From Paracoccaceae bacterium (GTDB taxonomy: Bacteria > Pseudomonadota > Alphaproteobacteria > Rhodobacterales > Rhodobacteraceae): DNA of 64,000 nucleotides. The notes beneath the pieces are model-generated. The model ran no database searches. It was not told where the DNA came from and saw only the letters and a list, made by a program, of their open reading frames with translations. Positions within the stretch are counted from its first letter, which is position 1; every line of letters starts with the position of its first letter. Positions 29,341 through 36,153 of this stretch are shown here, one piece after another. The DNA lies in NCBI GenBank assembly GCA_027484915.1, contig JAIXSA010000018.1, forward strand, positions 7,059 through 71,058. Reading direction: 5' to 3'. The position numbers and the translations under genes were made by a program.

Positions 29341-30194
29341 GCGACTACCCCAAGCCCCCCTTCCCAGAGCAGACGCAAGAGGCTCCCGGCAGCTTCGTGC
29401 CAATGCAGCCGCGTCCCGACCACGGTGAGACGACATGGGTTGGCGCGGGGCGGCTTCAGGGCCGCGTGGCCCTGATCACGGGGGCGGACAGCGGCATCGG
29501 GCGGGCGGTGGCCATCGCCTTCGCGCGGGAGGGGGCGGATATCGCGCTGTGCTATCTGAACGAGACCGAGGACGCGAAGGACACCGCCAGGCTGATCGCG
29601 GCCGAGGGGCAAAGCTGCGTCCGCATCCCCGCAGACTTGGGCGACCCTGAGGAATGCCGCCGGGTGGTCCGCAAGGTCGTCGAGGAGTGGGGCCGGATCG
29701 ACGTCCTCGTCAACAACGCGGCGCATCAGGCCGTGTTCGAGACGTTCGAGGATATCCCGGCCGCCGAGTGGGACCGGACTTTCGCGGTCAACATCGACGC
29801 GATCTTCCACCTGTGTCAGGCGGCGGTGCCGCACATGGGGGCGGGAAGTTCGATCATCAACACGACCTCGATCAACGCGGACAAGCCGAACCCGACCTTG
29901 CTGGCCTATGCGACCACCAAGGGGGCGATCCAGAACTTTACCGTGGGGCTGGCGCAGCTCTTGGCCGAGCGAGGGATCCGCGTAAACTGCGTCGCCCCGG
30001 GGCCGGTCTGGACGCCGCTGATCCCCTCCAGCATGTCCGGCGAGAAGGTCGCCAAATTCGGCCAGGACAGCCCGATGAAGCGGCCGGCGCAGCCGGTGGA
30101 GCTGGCATCGGCCTACGTGATGCTGGCCGAGCCGATGTCGAGCTACATCTCGGGCGCGACCATCGCGGTGACTGGTGGGCAGCCGATGATGTGA
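29337..30194 (+). CDS. SDR oxidoreductase, YghA/YhdF general-stress type
   Basis: PDHGETTW.G.GRL.GRVALITGADSGIG, YATTKGAI, NCVAPGPVWTPL, RPAQPVELA. Confidence 0.92.
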   Translation: MSDYPKPPFPEQTQEAPGSFVPMQPRPDHGETTWVGAGRLQGRVALITGADSGIGRAVAIAFAREGADIALCYLNETEDAKDTARLIAAEGQSCVRIPADLGDPEECRRVVRKVVEEWGRIDVLVNNAAHQAVFETFEDIPAAEWDRTFAVNIDAIFHLCQAAVPHMGAGSSIINTTSINADKPNPTLLAYATTKGAIQNFTVGLAQLLAERGIRVNCVAPGPVWTPLIPSSMSGEKVAKFGQDSPMKRPAQPVELASAYVMLAEPMSSYISGATIAVTGGQPMM

Positions 30195-30297
30195 TCTGTC
30201 CACCGTGGGCAGTTTTGAAAATCAAGCGATCACAATGGCTTAACTTTTGGCGTTTACCGAATCTCAATCCTTTGGAAGCCAGCCGGAGTGAGGAAGC

Positions 30298-30322
30298 GGA
30301 ACAATCGGATGCCTTGGCTGTT
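30298..30322 (+). promoter_or_regulatory. EcfG-type promoter
   Basis: GGAAC-N16-TGTT(GA). Confidence 0.7.
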
Positions 30323-30361
30323 GACGCCGGTGAAAGACTTTTTGGCTGAAAGGATACACCG

Positions 30362-30715
30362 ATGACCGATATTCCACCCCCTCGGAACCCGCCGCCCCAT
30401 ATTGAGGGTAGGCCCTTGCCCCCGACCACACGCACATCGCGCACCAGCATGTGGCTGGTTTTCCTTGTTCTGGGTGCTGTGATCCTGGCCGCCATCGCCT
30501 TCAGCGTCGACCGGTCCAGCAGCGTGGTCGATACGGCCCCGGCCGCACCGGAAGCCACGGAAACCCCCGACGCGACTGCGACGGTCCCGGCCGAACCGGC
30601 CCCTGCCACGGGCGGCGACGCCACGACAGGAGAGACCACCGGCGGGACGACGGACGGGATCTCGGGTGGCACGACTGGCGACACCACGGGCACGGGCACG
30701 ACAACCTCGCCCTGA
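30362..30715 (+). CDS. Single-TM protein with Thr/Gly/Ala/Pro-rich tail
   Basis: One hydrophobic helix (MWLVFLVLGAVILAAIAF) then a low-complexity tail; AAGGA RBS. Confidence 0.7.
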   Translation: MTDIPPPRNPPPHIEGRPLPPTTRTSRTSMWLVFLVLGAVILAAIAFSVDRSSSVVDTAPAAPEATETPDATATVPAEPAPATGGDATTGETTGGTTDGISGGTTGDTTGTGTTTSP

Positions 30716-30802
30716 CGTCACCGGCAGACCTTGGAAAGGCCGCGCCGGTCGGACGCGGCCTTGTTCATGACCGGAAGCGGAGCCGCAATCAGCGGAACGC
30801 CT

Positions 30803-31075
30803 TTAGTCGCTGGCGATGCGGACGAGCTTCTTCAGGACCTGAAATTCGTCGGCGCGGGCGAGTTCAAGCTCGATCCCCTCGCCCGGAACGGCGCCGGGGT
30901 CCTCTTGTCCGTCCTGATAGATGGCGCGTTCGTCCAGCCAGTCCAGCATCTCGTCGCGGCGGGGCTGGGGCAGGTTGCGCATCAGTTCGACCAGCAGGCG
31001 GCGGTGTGTGAGAAGGCGGCCCTCCAGCGGGAGGGAGAACGGCGGGACGGGTTTGCGAGGCTTGTAGTCCGACAT
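30803..31075 (-). CDS. Hypothetical 90-aa protein
   Basis: LEGRLLTHRRLL...WL.ER..YQDGQEDPGAVP...ELARADEF; GGAG RBS and EcfG-type promoter. Confidence 0.72.
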   Translation of the reverse strand: MSDYKPRKPVPPFSLPLEGRLLTHRRLLVELMRNLPQPRRDEMLDWLDERAIYQDGQEDPGAVPGEGIELELARADEFQVLKKLVRIASD

Positions 31076-31096
31076 TTGATGGATACTCCACCAGAC

Positions 31097-31123
31097 GGAA
31101 CGCGCCTTGCGGGAAAAGGTTCC
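31097..31123. promoter_or_regulatory. Bidirectional overlapping EcfG-type promoter
   Basis: GGAAC-N17-GTTCC: plus strand GGAAC-N16-GGTT towards mpg, minus strand GGAAC-N16-CGTT towards the 90-aa gene. Confidence 0.7.
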
Positions 31124-31194
31124 CGACCGGGGAAGAATTTCTTCAACGGGGCCGCAGGCTGGCGCAGGGCCGGTCGCTGACGCAGTGTGGGTAC

Positions 31195-31740
31195 ATGCCG
31201 ATCCGCTTTGATCAGGACATTGTCGATCTGGCCCGCAGCTTGCCGGGTGCCCGACTTATGGTGCGCGGCGTCGGCGGCACCGTGGTCGAGACCGAGGCCT
31301 ATGGCCGGGACGATCCGGCGTCGCACAGTTACCGCGGGCCGACGGCGCGCAATGCGGCGATGTTCGGAGAGCCGGGCACGGTCTACGTCTACTTGTCCTA
31401 CGGCTGCCATCTGTGCCTGAACGTCGTCGGTCGACCGGGCGAGGCGGTGCTGATCCGGGCCCTGCTGCCAGAGGTCGGGATCGCAGAGATGATCGCCCGG
31501 CGCGGGACGGCGCGCGACATCGCCACGGGTCCGGGCAGGTTGGGTCAGGCTTTGGGTATTGCGCTGTCCGACAGTGGAAAACGCTTTGACGGCGGCGCCT
31601 TCCTGCTGGAGCCCGGACCGCAGGCGGATCTCCTGGTCGGGCCGCGCATCGGGATCACCAAGGCCGCGGACCGGCCCTGGCGCTTTGGCCTCGCCGGCGC
31701 GTCTGCGCTGAGCCGGCCCTTTCCGCGCCCGCCGGAGTAG
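31195..31740 (+). CDS. mpg: DNA-3-methyladenine glycosylase (AAG/MPG family)
   Basis: VETEAY...DPASHS, MFGEPG.VYVY.SYG.H.CLNVV, VLIRAL, GPGRL.QALGI, GPRIGITKA. Confidence 0.93.
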   Translation: MPIRFDQDIVDLARSLPGARLMVRGVGGTVVETEAYGRDDPASHSYRGPTARNAAMFGEPGTVYVYLSYGCHLCLNVVGRPGEAVLIRALLPEVGIAEMIARRGTARDIATGPGRLGQALGIALSDSGKRFDGGAFLLEPGPQADLLVGPRIGITKAADRPWRFGLAGASALSRPFPRPPE

Positions 31741-31749
31741 GACCGAGGG

Positions 31750-31824
31750 TCAGCGCAGTCCGAAGAAGGACAGGATCGCCACGACGACGACGATCAGGCC
31801 GACGAGGTAGATGATGTTGTTCAT
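31750..31824 (-). CDS. 24-aa single-TM microprotein (below the ORF-track cutoff)
   Basis: Manual translation MNNIIYLVGLIVVVVAILSFFGLR*; AAAGG RBS-like site and EcfG-type promoter. Confidence 0.75.
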   Translation of the reverse strand: MNNIIYLVGLIVVVVAILSFFGLR

Positions 31825-31857
31825 GGCGGTGCCTTTCACGGGTTCTGTTGCCGGACC

Positions 31858-31883
31858 AACGGGCGGAGGGGCGCTTCAGTTCC
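31858..31883 (-). promoter_or_regulatory. EcfG-type promoter of the 24-aa microprotein
   Basis: Minus strand GGAAC-N17-CGTT. Confidence 0.75.
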
Positions 31884-31902
31884 CTTTGGGCCCTTGGGCG
31901 CG

Positions 31903-31927
31903 GGAACAAATCGGGCGCATCGGGATT
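31903..31927 (+). promoter_or_regulatory. EcfG-type promoter (deviant -10)
   Basis: GGAAC-N16-GATT(GA). Confidence 0.5.
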
Positions 31928-31951
31928 GAGGCCCGCGAAGGAGACGCCCCC

Positions 31952-32122
31952 ATGCCCAACGAACCCGGCCCAGCCGCCGAAAAGCGGACCCCGCCCCGCG
32001 ACCGTCGCAATGCCCAGGGCGACCACGAAGGCTCTCCCCACCGGGCGGAGGAGTTTGTTCAGGCGAACCCGGCGCGTCAGGTGCCCGATTCCGTGTGCCC
32101 CGAACCCAAGACCAAGGCGTGA
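31952..32122 (+). CDS. Hypothetical 56-aa hydrophilic protein
   Basis: AAGGAGA RBS before ATG 31952; 3 nt upstream of DUF3008. Confidence 0.5.
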   Translation: MPNEPGPAAEKRTPPRDRRNAQGDHEGSPHRAEEFVQANPARQVPDSVCPEPKTKA

Positions 32123-32125
32123 TCC

Positions 32126-32311
32126 ATGCCCGCGAAATCGAAAGCGCAGTAGAAGGCGGCAGGCGCGGCTTTGGCGGCCAAGCGCGGCGAGGTGGACCAG
32201 GGTGAGCTTTACGGTGCGTCGAAGGACATGGCGAAATCCATGACCGAGAACGAGCTGGAAGAGCTTGCAACCACCCGGCGCAAGGGACTGCCCGAGAAGA
32301 AGAAGGACTAG
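32126..32311 (+). pseudogene. DUF3008 family protein with in-frame TAG at codon 9
   Basis: MPAKSKAQ*KAAGAALAAKRGE...GASKDM..SM.E.ELEELA.T.RKGLPE; the family has QQ here (CAG>TAG at 32150). Confidence 0.82.
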
Positions 32312-32537
32312 CTGTCGGGGGGTGTCAGGTTCATTGCCGCGACGCTCATTCCGAGGGTGCCGAACAACAGCGCCGCCTGCGCGAAGAAAAGCGCGTGAGG
32401 CCCGTCTCGTTGCCGCTGGTCGACAGTAGCCTTTGCAGTTGCCCGATGTCAGCCCACAGGATCGCAAGCCCGACGGCACGGCCAAGCACGGCCCCGTTGG
32501 CAAACTGCGACAGCATGAAACGGATCAGGCGTGGCAT
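32308..32537 (-). pseudogene. Small membrane protein gene with 1-nt frameshift
   Basis: MPRLIRFMLSQFANGAVLG..VGLAILWADIG.L..LLSTSG..., then FFAQAALLFGTLGMSVAAMNLTPPDS* in a shifted frame; break near 32387-32395. Confidence 0.65.
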
Positions 32538-32583
32538 CGTACCCTCCTTCCCGCGCAAAACCGTGGGGGGCGACATTGTTCCG

Positions 32584-32608
32584 GGAACAACGCGCGGCCG
32601 GACCGGTT
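32584..32608 (+). promoter_or_regulatory. EcfG-type promoter
   Basis: GGAAC-N16-GGTT upstream of the PRC-barrel gene. Confidence 0.72.
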
Positions 32609-32658
32609 CAGACGGGGCAGGCCGGAGACCGCTTCGGCCATCTGTAAGGAGACCCAAG

Positions 32659-32955
32659 ATGGACCACGCCACGCATACGCGGCTAACGCCCGCCGAGCTG
32701 ACCGAATCGAACCTGGTCGGGGCCACGATCTATGGCGCCGATGACGAAAAGGTCGGCACGATCTCGCACCTGCATCACGACGGCTCCACCGCTCAGGCGG
32801 TGGTCGATGTCGGGAGCTTCCTGGGCATCGGCGCCAAGCCCGTGCTGGTTAGCCTGGGCGAGCTGAACATGATGCGCGACCATACCGGCTCGATCCACGG
32901 GATGACCTCGTGGACCAAGGAGCAGCTGAAGAACTTCCCCGAACACCGGCACTGA
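32659..32955 (+). CDS. PRC-barrel domain protein
   Basis: L.GATIYGADDEKVGTI, VVDVGSFLGIGAKPV, WTKEQLK..PEH; AAGGAG RBS. Confidence 0.9.
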   Translation: MDHATHTRLTPAELTESNLVGATIYGADDEKVGTISHLHHDGSTAQAVVDVGSFLGIGAKPVLVSLGELNMMRDHTGSIHGMTSWTKEQLKNFPEHRH

Positions 32956-33011
32956 CCGATGTAAAGAAGCTGGAAGTCCCGGGTCGTCGGCCCGAGACTT
33001 TTGCTGTTTCG

Positions 33012-33036
33012 GGAACCGGTTGCCCCGCCGCGCGTT
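33012..33036 (+). promoter_or_regulatory. EcfG-type promoter
   Basis: GGAAC-N16-CGTT. Confidence 0.75.
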
Positions 33037-33081
33037 TTCCGTGGCCTGTTGTCACGACCGCGGCACGAAAGGGAGACTGCC

Positions 33082-33270
33082 ATGCCAAACCTGCACTTCG
33101 GCCGCCCCGAGAGCCCCGATCTGCCCCCTGCCGAACCCGATCTGCCCGTTCCGGGAGATCCGGTTCAGCCGGATGTCTATCCGGATCCCATGCCCGACCC
33201 CCAGCCGATCCCGCCCCAGGACCCGCAGCAGACCCCGCCGGGCGAGATCACGCCCCCGATACATGGGTGA
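33082..33270 (+). CDS. 62-aa Pro/Asp/Gln-rich protein
   Basis: MPNLHFGRPESPDLPPAEPDLPVPGDP...; GGGAGA RBS and perfect promoter. Confidence 0.6.
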   Translation: MPNLHFGRPESPDLPPAEPDLPVPGDPVQPDVYPDPMPDPQPIPPQDPQQTPPGEITPPIHG

Positions 33271-33294
33271 CGGCGACCGTGATGCGATGTCGTG

Positions 33295-33465
33295 TCAGTC
33301 CTTGGCGGCGGTCTTGCGCGCGCCCGTCAGGGTGCGGTCCAGTTCCTGGGCAAGCTGGATGATGACATCGGGCACGGGTTCGGCCTTCGCATCCTCAAAC
33401 AGCCGGGCGGCCGCCGCGGACAGCGTCTTGTCCTTCTTGGACTCGGGTCCTGAATCCTGCGGCAT
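33295..33465 (-). CDS. nepR: NepR-like anti-sigma factor (56 aa)
   Basis: RLFEDAKAEPVPDVIIQLAQEL matches the NepR core (LY..v..EPVPDRF..LL..L); CAGGAA RBS. Confidence 0.65.
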   Translation of the reverse strand: MPQDSGPESKKDKTLSAAAARLFEDAKAEPVPDVIIQLAQELDRTLTGARKTAAKD

Positions 33466-33816
33466 TTCCTGTCTCCGACTGTCCCTGGTGCAGTGTATCG
33501 CAGGGCGGCGGCCAACACGACGACCAAATTTGGTCATTTCCGTGAAAGCGCGGCCCCAGAAGTTGTGTCCTGCCAACCTGCGCATTAAAGGTAGGGCGGT
33601 GCGGGAGTGCTTCCAGAGCGGAATCGCGTGGCGGCGGAAATGCGGCGGCCAGGGCGTGGTGACGGCGAAATCTGCAGGGCACTGGCCAATCGGCTGAGTT
33701 TCCGCAACACTTGTGCTGCGTATTCACCAGTACATTGACCGTTCGCGATGGGCACGTCTGCCCAAGGCCCTTGGGCCGACAGCAGGCATGTCGCTACCCA
33801 TTCAAGGAGACGGACC

Positions 33817-34392
33817 ATGCGACACAATCTGAATGGCAAGCGTGTGCTGGTCGTCGAGGACAACTACCTGCTGGCCCTGGACCTGGTGGACGAGCTTGAG
33901 GCGGCGAATGCCGTGGTGGTGGGGCCCTGCAACACGCTGAGCGATGCAAGCCTGCAAGTGGCGCACAGCGATCTGGCGGTGCTGGACGTGAACCTGAGCG
34001 GCGAGACGACGTTTCCGCTGGCTGACCGTCTGCAGGCGCTGGACGTGCCCTATGTCTTCTTCACGGGCTATGAAAAGGACGTGTTGCCGGTGCGCTTTGC
34101 CGGGGTCGACTGCATCACCAAGCCGCAGTCGCCCGCCATTGTCGTCGAGCTTTTGGACCTGCGCTCGCGCGAGGTGGGCAGCGACAGCATCCTGGAGCTA
34201 ATCCCGATTTTGCGCGCGCGTGCCCGTGGTTTTCTGGGTGATCCGCAGGCGGCGGACCGGCTTGTCGAACTTGCGCTGCAATGCGCGATCGACGATCCGG
34301 GGCCGATGCCCTCGGGCGCGCGGGTGGCCCCCTGGCTGATCCGTCTGATGGACGAGATCATGGCAGCGGGTCCAGGACACCTGCTGAACTAG
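33817..34392 (+). CDS. Response regulator: FATGUY-type receiver fused to C-terminal ECF sigma2-like domain
   Basis: VLVVEDN, AVLDVNL (D57), FFTGY, TKP; residues 123-178 align ungapped to region 2 of the 27985 sigma factor (20/56 identities, counted by hand). Confidence 0.85.
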   Translation: MRHNLNGKRVLVVEDNYLLALDLVDELEAANAVVVGPCNTLSDASLQVAHSDLAVLDVNLSGETTFPLADRLQALDVPYVFFTGYEKDVLPVRFAGVDCITKPQSPAIVVELLDLRSREVGSDSILELIPILRARARGFLGDPQAADRLVELALQCAIDDPGPMPSGARVAPWLIRLMDEIMAAGPGHLLN

Positions 34393-34404
34393 CCGGGGTT
34401 TCGG

Positions 34405-34431
34405 GGAACAAAGCCCCCGGCCGCCGGTTCC
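34405..34431. promoter_or_regulatory. Bidirectional overlapping EcfG-type promoter
   Basis: GGAAC-N17-GTTCC: plus strand GGAAC-N16-GGTT, minus strand GGAAC-N16-TGTT. Confidence 0.68.
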
Positions 34432-34515
34432 TTTCCCACTGACGACATCTGGCCACGCGCGGGCCGCCCCACAGCGGTCTGCCGGCCTTTGCGCATTGAG
34501 AGAAAGGACGACCCA

Positions 34516-35115
34516 ATGAAACATCTATTTCTTGCCGTGCCCGCTGTGGCGCTGTTCGCCGCCGGGGCCTTTGCCCAGACCGATACCACCACTGGGGCGA
34601 CCACCGGCACCGACGCCGGTGCTACCGTGGATGCCACCGTTGACACCACGACGGGCGCCACCACCGGCACCAGCGCGGATGGGTCCGTGACCTTTGGGAC
34701 CAACTGGCCCTTGTCGGTCGGCACCACCTTCTTCATGGACGCCGACAGCGGCACGCTGCGCACCTCGGACGAGATCGGCAGCGGATGGCAGTCCCTGAGC
34801 CAGGAAGACCGCGACATGATCAAGGCGGACTGCCTGACCTTCATGGCGGCGCATGGTGATGCAGCGCCCACGACGGGGGCCGATGCTTCGACCGGGACCT
34901 CGACCGACACGACGGCCGGGGCGTCGACTGACGCTGGCGCTGCGACCGACACGGCGACCACCGGGACTGCGACGGATACCACGGCCGATGCCGCGACCAG
35001 CACCGATACGGCGACCGGAACCGGCACCGCATCGACCGAGGGAACCATCGCGACGGCCGTGGGTTATGACATGACCGAGATGAAGGCTATCTGCGAAGCA
35101 GTTCAGGGCCTCTGA
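34516..35115 (+). CDS. Secreted Thr/Ala/Asp/Gly-rich protein
   Basis: Signal peptide MKHLFLAVPAVALFAAGAFA; two T-rich tracts flank a folded core with two Cys; GAAAGGA RBS. Confidence 0.8.
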   Translation: MKHLFLAVPAVALFAAGAFAQTDTTTGATTGTDAGATVDATVDTTTGATTGTSADGSVTFGTNWPLSVGTTFFMDADSGTLRTSDEIGSGWQSLSQEDRDMIKADCLTFMAAHGDAAPTTGADASTGTSTDTTAGASTDAGAATDTATTGTATDTTADAATSTDTATGTGTASTEGTIATAVGYDMTEMKAICEAVQGL

Positions 35116-35197
35116 TCACGGTCCCTTTGCCGCCGGCAGACCTCAGCCGGCGGCCCTGACGAACCGGCGGGCGGACGTCCCTCCCTTCCTGCCGGCG

Positions 35198-35241
35198 CCG
35201 GTGGTTGCAAGCGCGATGCTTGTGGCCACCGGTTTCTTTTT
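35198..35241 (+). terminator. Intrinsic terminator
   Basis: CCGGTGGTTGCAAGC-GCGAT-GCTTGTGGCCACCGG then TTTCTTTTT. Confidence 0.75.
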
Positions 35242-35309
35242 GCCCCCAGGACAGGCGCGGAAGCAGGCCGAGCGGCCTGGAATGGAGGCGCAGCCAGCCG
35301 CGCAATTCT

Positions 35310-35335
35310 GGAACATTCGGGCGTGCGCGCCGGTT
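35310..35335 (+). promoter_or_regulatory. EcfG-type promoter
   Basis: GGAAC-N17-GGTT(GA). Confidence 0.75.
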
Positions 35336-35406
35336 GATCCTTTGTCCGTGAAGGACAGCCCGGCCACGACGGGCGTGTTCCGAAGGCGCAGCAACTGGAG
35401 AGAACA

Positions 35407-36000
35407 ATGGCACAGAAATACGCAGACGACGACTATGATCGCGGCGGTCAGGGTGGGCGCAGCCGCTCGTCCGCAGGCCGCGGTGGCTATGACGACGACA
35501 TGGAGCGCGGCTATGGCGGCCGTCGTGGCGGGTCCTCGTCCTCGCGCGGGTCGTCCGCATCCTCCCGCGATGAGGATGAGGATTACGGCAGCTACGGCGG
35601 TTCGCGCAGCGACTGGTCCGAAAGCAGCGGCCGGGGCTATGGGTCGCAAGGACGCGGCGGTCAGGGCTATGGCAGCGAAGGCGGCTATGGCCAGGGCTAC
35701 GGCCAAGGCGGTTATGGCCAGGGCGGCTACGGCCAGGGTGGCTCGCAGGGGACGGGCGGTCAGGCCGGATCGGGCCACGACCCGCACTACCACACCTGGC
35801 GCGAGCGCCAGATGCAGGCCCACGACGAGGACTACAAGGCCTTCAACGAAGAGCGCCAGAAGAAGTTCGAATCCGAGTTCGAGGAATGGCGCAAGAACCG
35901 CAAGTCGGGCTCGGGTTCGGGCGCGCAAGGCGGGTCGGGGTCCAGCATGAGCGGCAGCTCGGGCTCGGAAAGCGGCGGATCGTCCTCCAAGAAGAACTGA
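35407..36000 (+). CDS. Gly/Ser/Tyr-rich low-complexity stress protein with a short helical domain
   Basis: GQGGY repeats plus HDPHYHTWRERQ...DEDY...ERQKKFESEFEEWRK; GGAGAG RBS. Confidence 0.8.
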   Translation: MAQKYADDDYDRGGQGGRSRSSAGRGGYDDDMERGYGGRRGGSSSSRGSSASSRDEDEDYGSYGGSRSDWSESSGRGYGSQGRGGQGYGSEGGYGQGYGQGGYGQGGYGQGGSQGTGGQAGSGHDPHYHTWRERQMQAHDEDYKAFNEERQKKFESEFEEWRKNRKSGSGSGAQGGSGSSMSGSSGSESGGSSSKKN

Positions 36001-36018
36001 CGCAAACGACCGCGTCGC

Positions 36019-36052
36019 GCACCGGCTGGCCCCCCAGCCGGTGCTTTTCTTT
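36019..36052 (+). terminator. Intrinsic terminator
   Basis: GCACCGGCTGG/CCAGCCGGTGC stem followed by TTTTCTTT. Confidence 0.75.
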
Positions 36053-36075
36053 GGCCCGGTTCGCATGGACCGGGC

Positions 36076-36100
36076 GGAACATTCGCCACCCTCTCCGGTT
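36076..36100 (+). promoter_or_regulatory. EcfG-type promoter
   Basis: GGAAC-N16-GGTT. Confidence 0.75.
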
Positions 36101-36153
36101 CAATGGGAAGCGGGTGGCGACAGCCGCCGCACCATCAGCAACGGAGAGCATCG

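Noticed and set aside
30195-30300. AT-rich patch as a foreign insertion scar
   Set aside because: About 100 nt with no repeats or gene remnants; consistent with an ordinary promoter-proximal UP-like region
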